DNA of 64,000 nt from Fibrobacteria bacterium (GTDB taxonomy: Bacteria > Fibrobacterota > Fibrobacteria > UBA11236): NCBI GenBank assembly GCA_043745805.1, contig JAYTSD010000014.1, positions 61,364-125,363 on the forward strand, given 5' to 3'. A model generated the notes under the pieces. The model made no database searches. It was not told the origin of the DNA and saw only the letters and a list, made by a program, of their open reading frames with translations. How positions within the stretch are numbered: the first letter of the stretch is position 1; each line of letters starts with the position of its first letter. The translations under genes and the position numbers were made by a program. Below, piece by piece: positions 18,162 to 28,081 of this stretch.

Positions 18162-19385
18162 GTGAACGGGATGAATCAGACTACTTCAGAAACAGCAAAA
18201 TTTGAAATCCAAAGCCGCAATGTGGTCTATCACGACTATGAGTCGGATTTAGGCGATATTTTTCTTAATATCGGTAAAAAAATCATTTCCGATGCCGAGG
18301 ATCGTCATCATTATCTAACTAAATGGGCTTGGTGGCGCGATCATTTGCCTTTTACGCCTAAACCTATCCCTGCTTTGGAAAAAACTATTCATTTCCATGA
18401 CCGTAGCCTGCCAATTACCTTAGCCAGCCCCATTATACTTGCCGCCGGTGGAAACAAGTATGCCGATAATTTGCCCCATTTTGCAAGTTTAGGATTTGGA
18501 GGAGTTACTGTAGGTTCTGCTACTCGCGAATCACGTGATGGCAATACTTTCAGGCCGCGTGTGCATTTATTGCCTTTAGACCGAGCCATGAATAATTCAA
18601 TGGGTTTAAATAATCCCGGTGTTGAAAAAATCACCCGTGCCGTAGATGTTACCTTAGGTAAATGTCATCGCCGAAAATTAGCCATTGGAATTAGCGTGGC
18701 CGATACGCCCGGCATGGAAGAAAGCAATGCTAAAATTGCGGATATTATTTACACTTTTCGCAAAGCCTATGGCGCTGCTGATTATATTGAATTAAATGTG
18801 AGTTGCCCGAATACGGGCACGGGTCGCATGGATAATCATATTGGTTTCTTACAAGATCTATTGCAAGAAATAATGCAGGTGCGTAAAAACCTCGCACCCA
18901 AAAAAGCGGTGCTCGTCAAACTTTCTCCCGATTTAGGGAGCCAAAATTTAGATGCCATCTTACGTATCATAGCGGATACTGAGGTAACAGGAGTGGTTCT
19001 CTTCAACACTTTTCTCTCGGACAAGGCACGCTATTTAAAAATGCAAACAGCATCTGAACAAATACCCATTGTGGCCGCAAGCGGACATAAAGGCGGCGTA
19101 TCGGGACGCATTCTTTATAAAAATACTTATCCCGCGGTAAAGTATATTCGCAGTCAACTTCCTAAAGCAGCCATCTTTGCCTGTGGTGGCATTGATCAGG
19201 GTGCAAAAATTTGGGATCTCATAGAAGCTGGTGCGGATGCCGTTCAATGTTATACCGTACTGGCTTATCGTTGGAATGCCATTCACAAAATGAATCGTGA
19301 ACTTTTTGATACTATGAAACTTAAAGGCATTAAATCTTTAGATGATTATAATTCCTCTCCAATTGCGCATCTCTCCGAAGATTAA
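18162..19385 (+). CDS. pyrD: Dihydroorotate dehydrogenase
   Basis: AAGGNK, NSMGLNNPG, ELNVSCPN, VKLSPD, GGVSG, GGI, GADAVQCYT. Start may be 18171. Confidence 0.88.
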   Translation: MNGMNQTTSETAKFEIQSRNVVYHDYESDLGDIFLNIGKKIISDAEDRHHYLTKWAWWRDHLPFTPKPIPALEKTIHFHDRSLPITLASPIILAAGGNKYADNLPHFASLGFGGVTVGSATRESRDGNTFRPRVHLLPLDRAMNNSMGLNNPGVEKITRAVDVTLGKCHRRKLAIGISVADTPGMEESNAKIADIIYTFRKAYGAADYIELNVSCPNTGTGRMDNHIGFLQDLLQEIMQVRKNLAPKKAVLVKLSPDLGSQNLDAILRIIADTEVTGVVLFNTFLSDKARYLKMQTASEQIPIVAASGHKGGVSGRILYKNTYPAVKYIRSQLPKAAIFACGGIDQGAKIWDLIEAGADAVQCYTVLAYRWNAIHKMNRELFDTMKLKGIKSLDDYNSSPIAHLSED

Positions 19386-19432
19386 TCTGCAAAAATAATC
19401 CCGCATTTAAATTCCCACTCTAGCAGGCAGAA

Positions 19433-20068
19433 GTGCAAAACCAAGGTATACTAATGCTTATGCTTTGGTTATTTAGCCTATTATTTTTTCTACTTCCAGT
19501 GTTTTCTCAAACCTTTGATGATCCTGCCTTATCTCTTGAAAATATGAATCCTAAAAAAGTCCCCTTAACGCTTCACCCCACTTTAATGGAAGCGGGAATC
19601 GATTGGCAAAGAGAATTATTATTAGGATTTGCTTGGCAGGTACAGCCCAATTGGCAAGCAGGCCTGCGCATTACTTCCGATGCTCTATTAACGAATATTG
19701 GTTTTGAACAAATACCTCAATTGGTTTTGTGGGGAAAAGTCTTATTGAAAGGGGAAAATGAAGCGTCCTCAAATGCAGAATATTTTGTGATGGGATTTGG
19801 ATGGTATAATGGTTACCCTTCTGTTTCTCGATTCGACATTTTAGGTAATCCTCAAAATGAACATCTTTGGTGGCAACCCTTATTCTTTTTGGGTGCGGGA
19901 AAATATTGGAAGCCTTTTGATAATATCCCTTGGGGATTGGATTTGAGCTTAGAATATACTCGCACCATGTCTTATACTCCATCCTTATATGGAATAGCTC
20001 CCTTGCGCAAGGGGCCGGATCAATTCACCTTAGTCTTTCAAATTTTTCATACTTGGAAAACGGACTAA
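19433..20068 (+). CDS. Hypothetical secreted protein, possible small outer-membrane beta-barrel
   Basis: Hydrophobic signal peptide; alternating aromatic/Gly strands; terminal FTLVFQIFHTW. Confidence 0.5.
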   Translation: MQNQGILMLMLWLFSLLFFLLPVFSQTFDDPALSLENMNPKKVPLTLHPTLMEAGIDWQRELLLGFAWQVQPNWQAGLRITSDALLTNIGFEQIPQLVLWGKVLLKGENEASSNAEYFVMGFGWYNGYPSVSRFDILGNPQNEHLWWQPLFFLGAGKYWKPFDNIPWGLDLSLEYTRTMSYTPSLYGIAPLRKGPDQFTLVFQIFHTWKTD

Positions 20069-20079
20069 ATCATTATCTA

Positions 20080-21330
20080 TTAATGACCTCGGGCCAATGC
20101 TGCCTGATAAACTCTTTCCACCCCCACCACAAAAGCCGCGTCTCGGTAACTGATATGATACTTCCTAGCCGTTTGCGATAAGTGGGTAAAAGCCGCCGTC
20201 ATAAATCTATCGAGTTCTAATTTACTCGCCGATTTTTCCCAATGATGCATTTGAATATTTTGTGTCCATTCGAAATAAGAACCTAATACACCCCCCGCAT
20301 TCGCTAAAATATCGGGCGCAATAATCACGCCTTGATTTTGCAAGTAAGCATCGGCTTCCGGAGTAAGTGGTCCATTGGCTCCTTCAATAAGGTAACGCGT
20401 TTTGACGAAAGCCATATTGTCCTGATGTAGCACATGCCCCAAAGCAGCGGGAATAAGAATGTCACATTGAATAGAAAGTATATCACTTGCACTATTAAGT
20501 GTTTTATCTCCCAAGGCATAGTCTTTTAAACTTCCTCCATTTTCTGCGTGGCGTATTAAGTCTTCTACATCAATACCTTTTTCATTTTGTAATAATGTGG
20601 TGACATCATTCACCGCTATTATTTTTGCCCCCATGCGATACAAATGCAAAGCCGAATAACTGCCCACATTTCCAAATCCTTGTATCACCACCGTTTGGTT
20701 TTTTAAATCTTCTCCATGCTCCTGCAAAACACTACGCGTAATCATTGCAACCCCTAAACCCGTTGCATCCACACGTTCGGGAATGCCTTCTAAATTTACC
20801 GGCTTACCCGTAACAATGCCCGGAGTATAACCATGCAATAAACCATAAGCATCCATCATCCATCCCATGACCTTGGCATTCGTACCCATATCCGGCGCCA
20901 TAATATCTTTATACACACCTATCATATTTTTTAAACTATGCACAAAACGTCGCGTTAAGGCTTGAAATTCTCTTTCGGAAAGTGTTTGCGGATTCACGGC
21001 TACTCCACCTTTGGCTCCGCCAAAAGGAATATTTACAATCGCACATTTCCAAGTCATCAATGAAGCCAAAGCTTTTACTTCTTCTAAATCCACTTGCGGA
21101 TGAAAGCGCACACCACCCTTATAAGGGCCGCGCACGCCATTATGTTGCACACGATAACCTTCATATACTCTTAATTCGCCTCTATCATCTAACAAGGGCA
21201 ATGAAACCTTGGTTTCTCTCCAGCAAGAAGTTAATAGCTTACGATAGCTTTCTTTAATATTAAGTATGTCGGAAGCTTTGTTAACACGTAAGTTAACCGC
21301 ATCAAAAGGACTAAGAGTAGATTGAGACAT
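20080..21330 (-). CDS. gdhA: Glu/Leu/Phe/Val (glutamate) dehydrogenase
   Basis: GYRVQH, GPYKGGVRF, MTWKCA, PFGGAKGG, QGFGNVG, EGANGP, ANAGGV. Confidence 0.95.
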   Translation of the reverse strand: MSQSTLSPFDAVNLRVNKASDILNIKESYRKLLTSCWRETKVSLPLLDDRGELRVYEGYRVQHNGVRGPYKGGVRFHPQVDLEEVKALASLMTWKCAIVNIPFGGAKGGVAVNPQTLSEREFQALTRRFVHSLKNMIGVYKDIMAPDMGTNAKVMGWMMDAYGLLHGYTPGIVTGKPVNLEGIPERVDATGLGVAMITRSVLQEHGEDLKNQTVVIQGFGNVGSYSALHLYRMGAKIIAVNDVTTLLQNEKGIDVEDLIRHAENGGSLKDYALGDKTLNSASDILSIQCDILIPAALGHVLHQDNMAFVKTRYLIEGANGPLTPEADAYLQNQGVIIAPDILANAGGVLGSYFEWTQNIQMHHWEKSASKLELDRFMTAAFTHLSQTARKYHISYRDAAFVVGVERVYQAALARGH

Positions 21331-21450
21331 GAAAGTGAACTCCTTTTAAGCGTTTTTTGCTAAGCCATAGACAATATTCATACTTATTCGCGCCCCGATC
21401 AACCCTACAACAAAAAAATATTTTAACACAAAATCAACTATATTCAAAAT

Positions 21451-24216
21451 ATGTCAGAAAAAATCGCTTTAGCAAAAAAGACCATTCCCCCATTTCATTG
21501 GACGCTTACCAAGGCGGATGATATTATTTATCAATTACAAAGCGATTTACAAAAAGGTTTAAGTACACCTGAAGCGGTCCAAAGGCTTCTAGAATATGGG
21601 CCCAATACTTTACGCGAAGGTCAAAAAATAAATCCCCTGCTGATTTTCCTAAATCAATTTAAGGGCATCATCATTTGGCTATTAATTTTTGCCGCCGTTT
21701 TATCGGGATGGATGGGAGAAATTAAGGATACTATCGCCATAGGTGCCATTCTGATTCTTAATGCCTGCATCGGATTTTATCAAGAATATGATGCCGAAAA
21801 AGCCATCGCAGCTCTGAAAAAAATGACGGCTCCCAAAGCTAAGATACGCCGTGACGGCATTACTTGCATCATTCCCGCTTTAGAAATTGTACCCGGTGAT
21901 ATTATCGAATTAGAAGCGGGTGATTTAGTTTCTGCGGATGGACGATTATTAGAAGCTACTGATTTACGCTGCATAGAATCCATTTTAACGGGAGAATCCA
22001 AACCCAGTAATAAAAATACTACTGCTATAAATGGTGAGAGTATTCCCCTCGGCGATCAACATAATATGGTTTTTATGGGCACTAGTGTAGCCACCGGAAA
22101 TGGCTTAGCCATTGCTGTCACAACGGGTATGCAAACACAAATGGGCCATATTGCTCAATTATTAGATTCGGCAAATAAAGATAATGCCAGCCCCCTGCAA
22201 AAGAAAATGGAAAGCTTAGGGAATTTGTTTGTATGGGTATCCTTAGGCATAATTACTTTATTGGGCTGCATAGCCTTGCTTCGCCATCAACCGCCACTAG
22301 AAATGTTATTAACCTCCATTAGCCTAGCCGTAGCCGCCGTTCCCGAGGGCTTGCCGGCGGTAGTTACGATTGCGCTCGCCTTAGGTGTACAGCGTATGGC
22401 CAAGCGAAAAGCTTTAATTCGAAAATTATCCGCCGTAGAAACTTTAGGTTCGGCTAGCGTGATTTGTACCGATAAAACCGGTACCTTAACCCAAGGTGAA
22501 ATGACCGTGCGCCAAATTTATCTGTTGGGAGAAAATGCAGGTAAAATCATAGGAGAATTTTTTTCGGTTATGGGTTTAGGCTATGCCCCTGAAGGGAAAA
22601 TTCTCTGCACCGAAAAAACCTTAAATTCTTCGCAAGTTAAACAATTATTAATCTTAGCCGAAAACCAAACTGAACCACTCACCGCTAAATTATTTCAAGA
22701 AAAAGACCTTTGGAAAGTAATCGGTGATCCCACAGAAGGTGCCTTATTAGCCTTTGCAGCCAAAACTGGTTTTTCCAGATCCCCTGAAACCACTAAATTA
22801 TTTTCCTTTCCTTTTAACTCCGACAGCAAACGTGCCTCTACCATTTATAGTCAATCGTCTAATTCGTCAAATGCAATTAAAGTCGCCGTGAACGGCGCTC
22901 CCGAAATTTTACTGCGACTATGTGACAAAGTCTTAACGCCAAATGGAATTATACCCTTAACTTCTGAGTTACGCGAAGAAATTAATCAAGCCAATTCCTT
23001 AATGGCCGAAAAGGCTTTGCGGGTTATTGGCACTGCTTATCGTGAATATCCTCAATTCACATCACTCAAGCTCGCCGCCGAAGATAGAGATAAAGTGGAA
23101 AGCGAATTGGTTTTTATAGGCTTAACCGGATTACAAGATCCGCCTCGCCTTGAGGCCCAAAAGGCTATTGCTTTATGTCAACAAGCCGGCATTCGCGTGG
23201 TGATGATTACCGGCGATCATCCTGCCACCGGCCTTGCTATTGCCCAAGAATTAGGTTTGGCCAAAGACAAAAAAGCATTTGCCACCGGCGCTGATTTAGA
23301 CACTTGGAATGAGAAAACGTGGAAGTTACGGTTATCCCAAATTTCGGTATTCGCGCGAGTAACCGCCGAGCATAAATTGCGTATTGTTAAAACCCTGCGC
23401 GACCAAGGAGAAATCGTGGCGATGACGGGTGATGGCGTAAATGATGCTCCCGCTCTTAAGGGCGCACATATTGGCATTGCCATGGGGAAATCGGGGACGG
23501 AAGTGACGCAACAGGCCTCCGATATCGTAATTGTGGATGATAACTTTGCTTCAATTGTTTCCGCAATCGAAGAAGGGCGCGGTAGTTATGATAATATTCG
23601 CAAAACGCTTTTGTATTTACTCGCCGGCAATACGGGAGAGCTTTTACTCATGATTGTCGCGGTACTTATGGGTTGGCCCGCTCCGCTATTACCCATTCAT
23701 TTATTATGGATAAATTTAGTAACTGATGGGTTACCCGCTCTTTGTTTAGCTGCCGATCCCGTGGATAATAATGTCATGCAAAGAAAACCCCGTTCCCCAA
23801 AAGAAAAATTAACGAATTTTGTTTTTTTGCAAAGCATGCTTTTAATTGGGGCGCTTACCGCCACGGTTTCTTTAATTGCTTTTTATTGGGGTTGGAAAGC
23901 CAATGACATTGCTACGGGCCGCTCTTATGCCTTTGCCACTTTAGTATTCGCGGAACTTTTCCGTGCATTAGGATCTCGAAGTGAAACTAAATTTTTATGG
24001 CATATGAATCCATTGGGAAATCCCAAATTATTTTTTGTTGTGACTTTATCGATTACTATTCAGCTCCTAGGGTATCAATTTGGTTTTATGGAAAGATTTT
24101 TGAAAACCGTTCCTTTGAGTTGGGAATTATGTTTTACGCTTTTGGCTTTGGGATTAATTCCCTCCTTGGTGATGGAAGGGGTAAAAGTTTTTAGGAAGAA
24201 ATCACTTACGTATTAA
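21451..24216 (+). CDS. Cation-transporting P-type ATPase (type IIA, Ca2+-like)
   Basis: [41 protein letters not shown]. Confidence 0.95.
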   Translation: MSEKIALAKKTIPPFHWTLTKADDIIYQLQSDLQKGLSTPEAVQRLLEYGPNTLREGQKINPLLIFLNQFKGIIIWLLIFAAVLSGWMGEIKDTIAIGAILILNACIGFYQEYDAEKAIAALKKMTAPKAKIRRDGITCIIPALEIVPGDIIELEAGDLVSADGRLLEATDLRCIESILTGESKPSNKNTTAINGESIPLGDQHNMVFMGTSVATGNGLAIAVTTGMQTQMGHIAQLLDSANKDNASPLQKKMESLGNLFVWVSLGIITLLGCIALLRHQPPLEMLLTSISLAVAAVPEGLPAVVTIALALGVQRMAKRKALIRKLSAVETLGSASVICTDKTGTLTQGEMTVRQIYLLGENAGKIIGEFFSVMGLGYAPEGKILCTEKTLNSSQVKQLLILAENQTEPLTAKLFQEKDLWKVIGDPTEGALLAFAAKTGFSRSPETTKLFSFPFNSDSKRASTIYSQSSNSSNAIKVAVNGAPEILLRLCDKVLTPNGIIPLTSELREEINQANSLMAEKALRVIGTAYREYPQFTSLKLAAEDRDKVESELVFIGLTGLQDPPRLEAQKAIALCQQAGIRVVMITGDHPATGLAIAQELGLAKDKKAFATGADLDTWNEKTWKLRLSQISVFARVTAEHKLRIVKTLRDQGEIVAMTGDGVNDAPALKGAHIGIAMGKSGTEVTQQASDIVIVDDNFASIVSAIEEGRGSYDNIRKTLLYLLAGNTGELLLMIVAVLMGWPAPLLPIHLLWINLVTDGLPALCLAADPVDNNVMQRKPRSPKEKLTNFVFLQSMLLIGALTATVSLIAFYWGWKANDIATGRSYAFATLVFAELFRALGSRSETKFLWHMNPLGNPKLFFVVTLSITIQLLGYQFGFMERFLKTVPLSWELCFTLLALGLIPSLVMEGVKVFRKKSLTY

Positions 24217-25205
24217 TTCAATTGCAAATATTTTTCAGCTTCGCGAATAGTAAATTCAACATTCTGTAATTTTTTCAATACGGCACGCAAACGATGCTTA
24301 CCCATATCATGTTGCGCGGCTAGATGTGGACTTTCGTCACCTAAAGCGGGTAATGACTTTTGCGCCCATTTTACTAATGCTGGATTTGGCTGGTTAATTC
24401 CTACCGAGTATGGTTTTTCCACAGTGGCTTTTTCTTGGCTCTTAGATTTCGCATTCACTTTGGGTTTGCTTTTTTTCTTCTGCGCATTAAGCCAAAGATT
24501 GAGCAATAAATGCCCATGGGCTTTCCATTCTTCCCCATGCACATCCGGACGCAAACGGATAGTTGATTTTATTTTTAAGGCTTGGCAAAAAGCTGCAAAC
24601 AAATCGGACAAAAGTTCTTCTGGTAAAGCCAATATTGTGATTCCAAAATATTCTTTTCCGCGAAAAGGCAATAGCCGAACGATTAAGCCATTGCCTTTTT
24701 CGAATTTAAATTCTGGGCTAAAAACCCGATGGATTTTTTCGTTTCCAAAATGACGTAACACTAATACATCGTCTTTTTCTTCGTCCATGACTTGATATAA
24801 ACTCAGCGGGCAAAAAGCCCATTCTAAATATGTATGCGCTAAACGAATTTCTTTGGGATCAAGTTCTCGCGATAAACGCAAAATGGGACGTGCATCGGAA
24901 TATTGCACAAAATAATCCCACAAAAAATTTTCTACCAAAGCCTTATTTTGCATGCCATCGGATTTTGCTTTATAAACATTAAAGCCACTCGCCTTTAAGG
25001 CATTTTCATAATTCATTTGAATTTGACTCAGGGCTCTACGCTCTTTGTGTATATCATGTAAAATATGGCGAAAATCCCAATATTGTTGAACTGCCTCACT
25101 CCAGCTAGAGTACTGTACGTTTTTATTCGCATAAACGGCGCAGCATTTATGATAGGATTGAGTATTCCCGCAAAGGCAGGAAGTTTTTAAATTATCTATT
25201 TCCAT
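24213..25205 (-). CDS. SEC-C motif hypothetical protein
   Basis: N-terminal CLCGNTQSYHKCC; C-terminal W...LPALGDESP resembles a MbcA/ParS-type C-terminal helix motif. Confidence 0.65.
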   Translation of the reverse strand: MEIDNLKTSCLCGNTQSYHKCCAVYANKNVQYSSWSEAVQQYWDFRHILHDIHKERRALSQIQMNYENALKASGFNVYKAKSDGMQNKALVENFLWDYFVQYSDARPILRLSRELDPKEIRLAHTYLEWAFCPLSLYQVMDEEKDDVLVLRHFGNEKIHRVFSPEFKFEKGNGLIVRLLPFRGKEYFGITILALPEELLSDLFAAFCQALKIKSTIRLRPDVHGEEWKAHGHLLLNLWLNAQKKKSKPKVNAKSKSQEKATVEKPYSVGINQPNPALVKWAQKSLPALGDESPHLAAQHDMGKHRLRAVLKKLQNVEFTIREAEKYLQLN

Positions 25206-25232
25206 GACCGAAATGATAGTAACCTAATATCT

Positions 25233-26051
25233 ATGAAAATAGGGATATTCGATTCAGGATTTGGCGGGCTAAGCATTTTCAAAAGCATAGCCCAAAAACT
25301 CCCTACTTATGATTATTTATATCTAGGCGATAATGCACGTACACCTTATGGCAATCGCTCCTTTGAGGCTATTTTTGATTTTACCACAGAAGGCATAGAT
25401 TATCTTTTCGCCCAAGATTGCCAGCTAATTATTATCGCTTGCAATACCGCTTCGGCAAAGGCTTTGCGCAGTATACAACAAAAAGTTTTACCTCACCACT
25501 ATCCTCACAAAAGAGTGCTCGGCATTATTCGCCCATCGGTAGAAGCCGTTAAAGATTATGCACCACAAAGTGTGATAGCCTTATGGGCCACCGAAGGTAC
25601 GGTGAAATCCGATAGCTATGCCTTGGAATTACAAAAGCTGGCACCGCATTTACAACTCGTGCAACAAGCTTGTCCTTTATTAGTTCCTTTGGTGGAAGCC
25701 GGAGAATGGGATAGTGCAGGCTTAGATTTTTTTATTGAAAAATATTGGCAAGCCACACAAAAACAAAATGCGAATATTGATGCTTTACTTTTAGGTTGTA
25801 CGCATTACCCTTTGATACAAGAACGTATTGTGAAAATTATTCCAGCTTCCGTGCGCATTTTAACCCAAGGCAATATTGTCGCAACTAGTTTGATGGATTA
25901 TTTGCAACGTCATTCAGAAATAGAAAAAGTTTTAAGCCAAAATGGAACTAAGCATTTTTTAACTACTGATCAAACCGAAGGCTTCGATAAATTAGCGGAA
26001 GCTTTTTTAGGTTACCCTGTTATTTCCGAAAGAGTTGAGATCGCGAAATAA
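25233..26051 (+). CDS. murI: Glutamate racemase
   Basis: GIFDSGFGGLS, PYG, IACNTAS, LGCTHYP. Confidence 0.97.
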   Translation: MKIGIFDSGFGGLSIFKSIAQKLPTYDYLYLGDNARTPYGNRSFEAIFDFTTEGIDYLFAQDCQLIIIACNTASAKALRSIQQKVLPHHYPHKRVLGIIRPSVEAVKDYAPQSVIALWATEGTVKSDSYALELQKLAPHLQLVQQACPLLVPLVEAGEWDSAGLDFFIEKYWQATQKQNANIDALLLGCTHYPLIQERIVKIIPASVRILTQGNIVATSLMDYLQRHSEIEKVLSQNGTKHFLTTDQTEGFDKLAEAFLGYPVISERVEIAK

Positions 26052-26055
26052 TTTT

Positions 26056-26148
26056 GGGGGTAGCGCAGGATCGCCTGTTTAAATAAATCATTGAGCTTGT
26101 CGAAATGAACTATTTAAACAGGAAGCCGAAGCCTAGGGGGCGTCCCCC
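26056..26148. repeat. REP-like nested palindromic element downstream of murI
   Basis: CCTGTTTAAATA (26074-85) / TATTTAAACAGG (26111-22) enclosing TCATT-GAGCTTGTCGA-AATGA; flanking GGGGG-CGT-CCCCC hairpin. Confidence 0.55.
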
Positions 26149-26221
26149 TTTATGTGCACTTTTTTGGGTAAAAAGCAACTATTTTTTAAGTAATAAATCA
26201 TTCCTAAAGCGAGAAATATCA

Positions 26222-26250
26222 TTGACTTCGGTAGTCAAGTTCCTTATATT
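26222..26250 (+). promoter_or_regulatory. Sigma70-like promoter with palindrome over the -35 box
   Basis: TTGACT-N17-TATATT; TTGACT-TCGGT-AGTCAA inverted repeat. Confidence 0.6.
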
Positions 26251-26256
26251 CATAAG

Positions 26257-26416
26257 CTAGAGATGAGCATGAATAATTATTTTCATATGAAACAAAAAAC
26301 GTCATATACACCAATTTTTATGGTGCGTTCACTCATTTCCCCTCCCCAGAAAAAATTTTTTCGAGTTTAAACGGTTTAATCGGCCCTATTCCTTATTAAC
26401 GAGGAAGGGTTTTTTA
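26257..26416 (+). ncRNA. Candidate structured 5' leader or small RNA ending in a terminator-like hairpin
   Basis: Three-stem junction at 26260-26339 and a GGCCC-TA-TTCCTT/GAGGAA-GGGTT hairpin with U-tract at 26382-26415, upstream of ATG 26433. Confidence 0.35.
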
Positions 26417-26432
26417 TTCAAAGGTGGTATTT

Positions 26433-27086
26433 ATGTTGAGCAAAGACAATTGGCAAGATTATCGCGGCAAAAACGAAGGCGTATTAATTCATTTGGACAC
26501 GGTTAAAGAACATGCTTTACCATTACGACTTTTGGAAGATGAGCATGGTCATACGCTCGCTGAACCCGGATACGAGGGAAAAGGAACGCTAGGCTTTTTA
26601 AATTGCATTCATGCTAAAACCCGTTTAGCTACTTTCAAAAACCGTCGCCGTTATTTTCTTTTTGGAACTCGCTATCAAGGTTTATTAGAAGATTTTAAAG
26701 GTCAATTTTTAGTCATTGGTTATATGCGCCTCGATAAAGAAATTGACGTTCGTAAACGCCATGTGCATAAATGGATGGAAGGCCAAAGTGCTGGAGCCGG
26801 CCCTGAATGCACCGAAATGGATCAATGCTATGCCTTTGCTTCGGATGAAATTAATTTTTATGCTCCCGAAGACTGTTTTGAACTTAGTGAAAAATTGATG
26901 AAGGACTGGGGCTATAAAGGCAAAATTACTAAACAAATGAAATTGACTTTTACGGAAGAGAAAATCAAAATCATTTTGGAACATTTCAAAGCTAAAAAAC
27001 CCGCTACCGCAACCTATGCCAAAGCTTTTAAAGCCTTAGCCGAATCCGTTCCGGCGCATGAAAATGAAAAAGAAAGCGCTTGGTAA
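26433..27086 (+). CDS. Hypothetical protein (possible Nmad/PUA-like nucleotide-modification-associated fold)
   Basis: AAGGTGG RBS; EPGYEGKGTLGFLNC..R..YFLFGTRY..VIGYM pattern. Confidence 0.6.
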   Translation: MLSKDNWQDYRGKNEGVLIHLDTVKEHALPLRLLEDEHGHTLAEPGYEGKGTLGFLNCIHAKTRLATFKNRRRYFLFGTRYQGLLEDFKGQFLVIGYMRLDKEIDVRKRHVHKWMEGQSAGAGPECTEMDQCYAFASDEINFYAPEDCFELSEKLMKDWGYKGKITKQMKLTFTEEKIKIILEHFKAKKPATATYAKAFKALAESVPAHENEKESAW

Positions 27087-27092
27087 AAGCGC

Positions 27093-27470
27093 TTAGCTCT
27101 GATGCTTTTGCAACAGGGCATTTACGCGATCGAGTAAATCTTGTTTACCAAAGGGTTTGGTAAAGTAATCTTCGGCTTTCATCACATGCAATCCAACCAT
27201 TAAATCTACGTTCTTATTATTACTCGTTAAAAAAGCGATAGGTATTTTGGCTAAGGCTTCTTGCTCGCGAATTTCATGAAAGAGATCATAACCATCGACA
27301 TTAGGCATCACCACATCGAGCAAAATTAAATCCGGTGCAAAACTCAAAGCCGTGGACACCGCAAGGTCGGGCTCATTCACCGTCATCACTTGATGTTGGC
27401 CTAATTCTAAAACCAATTTGACTAAATCGGCTATGTCTTTTTGATCATCGACCACTAAGATCTTTGCCAT
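27093..27470 (-). CDS. Single-domain response regulator (CheY-like receiver)
   Basis: ILVVDD, LLDVVMP, FLTS, TKPF. Confidence 0.93.
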   Translation of the reverse strand: MAKILVVDDQKDIADLVKLVLELGQHQVMTVNEPDLAVSTALSFAPDLILLDVVMPNVDGYDLFHEIREQEALAKIPIAFLTSNNKNVDLMVGLHVMKAEDYFTKPFGKQDLLDRVNALLQKHQS

Positions 27471-27471
27471 A

Positions 27472-27786
27472 TTAACCCCTCGCCGCTTCTTTGGGCAACC
27501 ATTCCCAATAAAAATAAGTTATGCTGCAACCCAATAGCAAGCCGATTAAATCTAATCCCAATGCAATCCATGAGAGAACCTTATTATCCAAACCTAATAA
27601 ATGCGCTATCATTGCCACAGCAAGCAATAGCGAAGCGACATAAAACCATTTATAGCGAGGTTTTTTACGGCGTGCGGCGCCAAAAACCTTACTGAAAGAA
27701 GCGAGCGTCAAAAAAGCCGTAATGAAAGTACCATGAGCAATCACTAAAGAAATAGCGGTAAGTGAAAGGTGAAATGAATTCATCAA
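27472..27786 (-). CDS. Small 3-TM membrane protein
   Basis: Three hydrophobic helices, basic loop RRKKPRYKWFY; ATGA overlap with upstream gene. Confidence 0.75.
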   Translation of the reverse strand: MMNSFHLSLTAISLVIAHGTFITAFLTLASFSKVFGAARRKKPRYKWFYVASLLLAVAMIAHLLGLDNKVLSWIALGLDLIGLLLGCSITYFYWEWLPKEAARG

Positions 27787-28070
27787 TTAGCACTCATCAT
27801 GGTGCGATATAACGCAAAAGCCAATGCGGAAAAACCAATACCGCCTGCTGCGACCAGGGCAATACTGATAAATAAAGGAATATGTAATACAAAAAGTGGG
27901 GCTTGAAAAACCAATCCCAAAAGCAAAAATGCTAAGCTGGCAAACATCCATTCATGTTTTGGCCCTTGCTTAAATTTTAAACGATAAAATTTTGCAATCA
28001 GTGACAGATAATAACCTATCACTCCAAATAAAACTGCTATGAGGACAAAACCCGCCGTTTGTACAGCCAT
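27783..28070 (-). CDS. Small 3-TM membrane protein
   Basis: Three hydrophobic helices, basic loop KFKQGPKHEWMF; in operon with KaiC-like gene. Confidence 0.75.
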   Translation of the reverse strand: MAVQTAGFVLIAVLFGVIGYYLSLIAKFYRLKFKQGPKHEWMFASLAFLLLGLVFQAPLFVLHIPLFISIALVAAGGIGFSALAFALYRTMMSAN

Positions 28071-28081
28071 GCGCCAGTATC

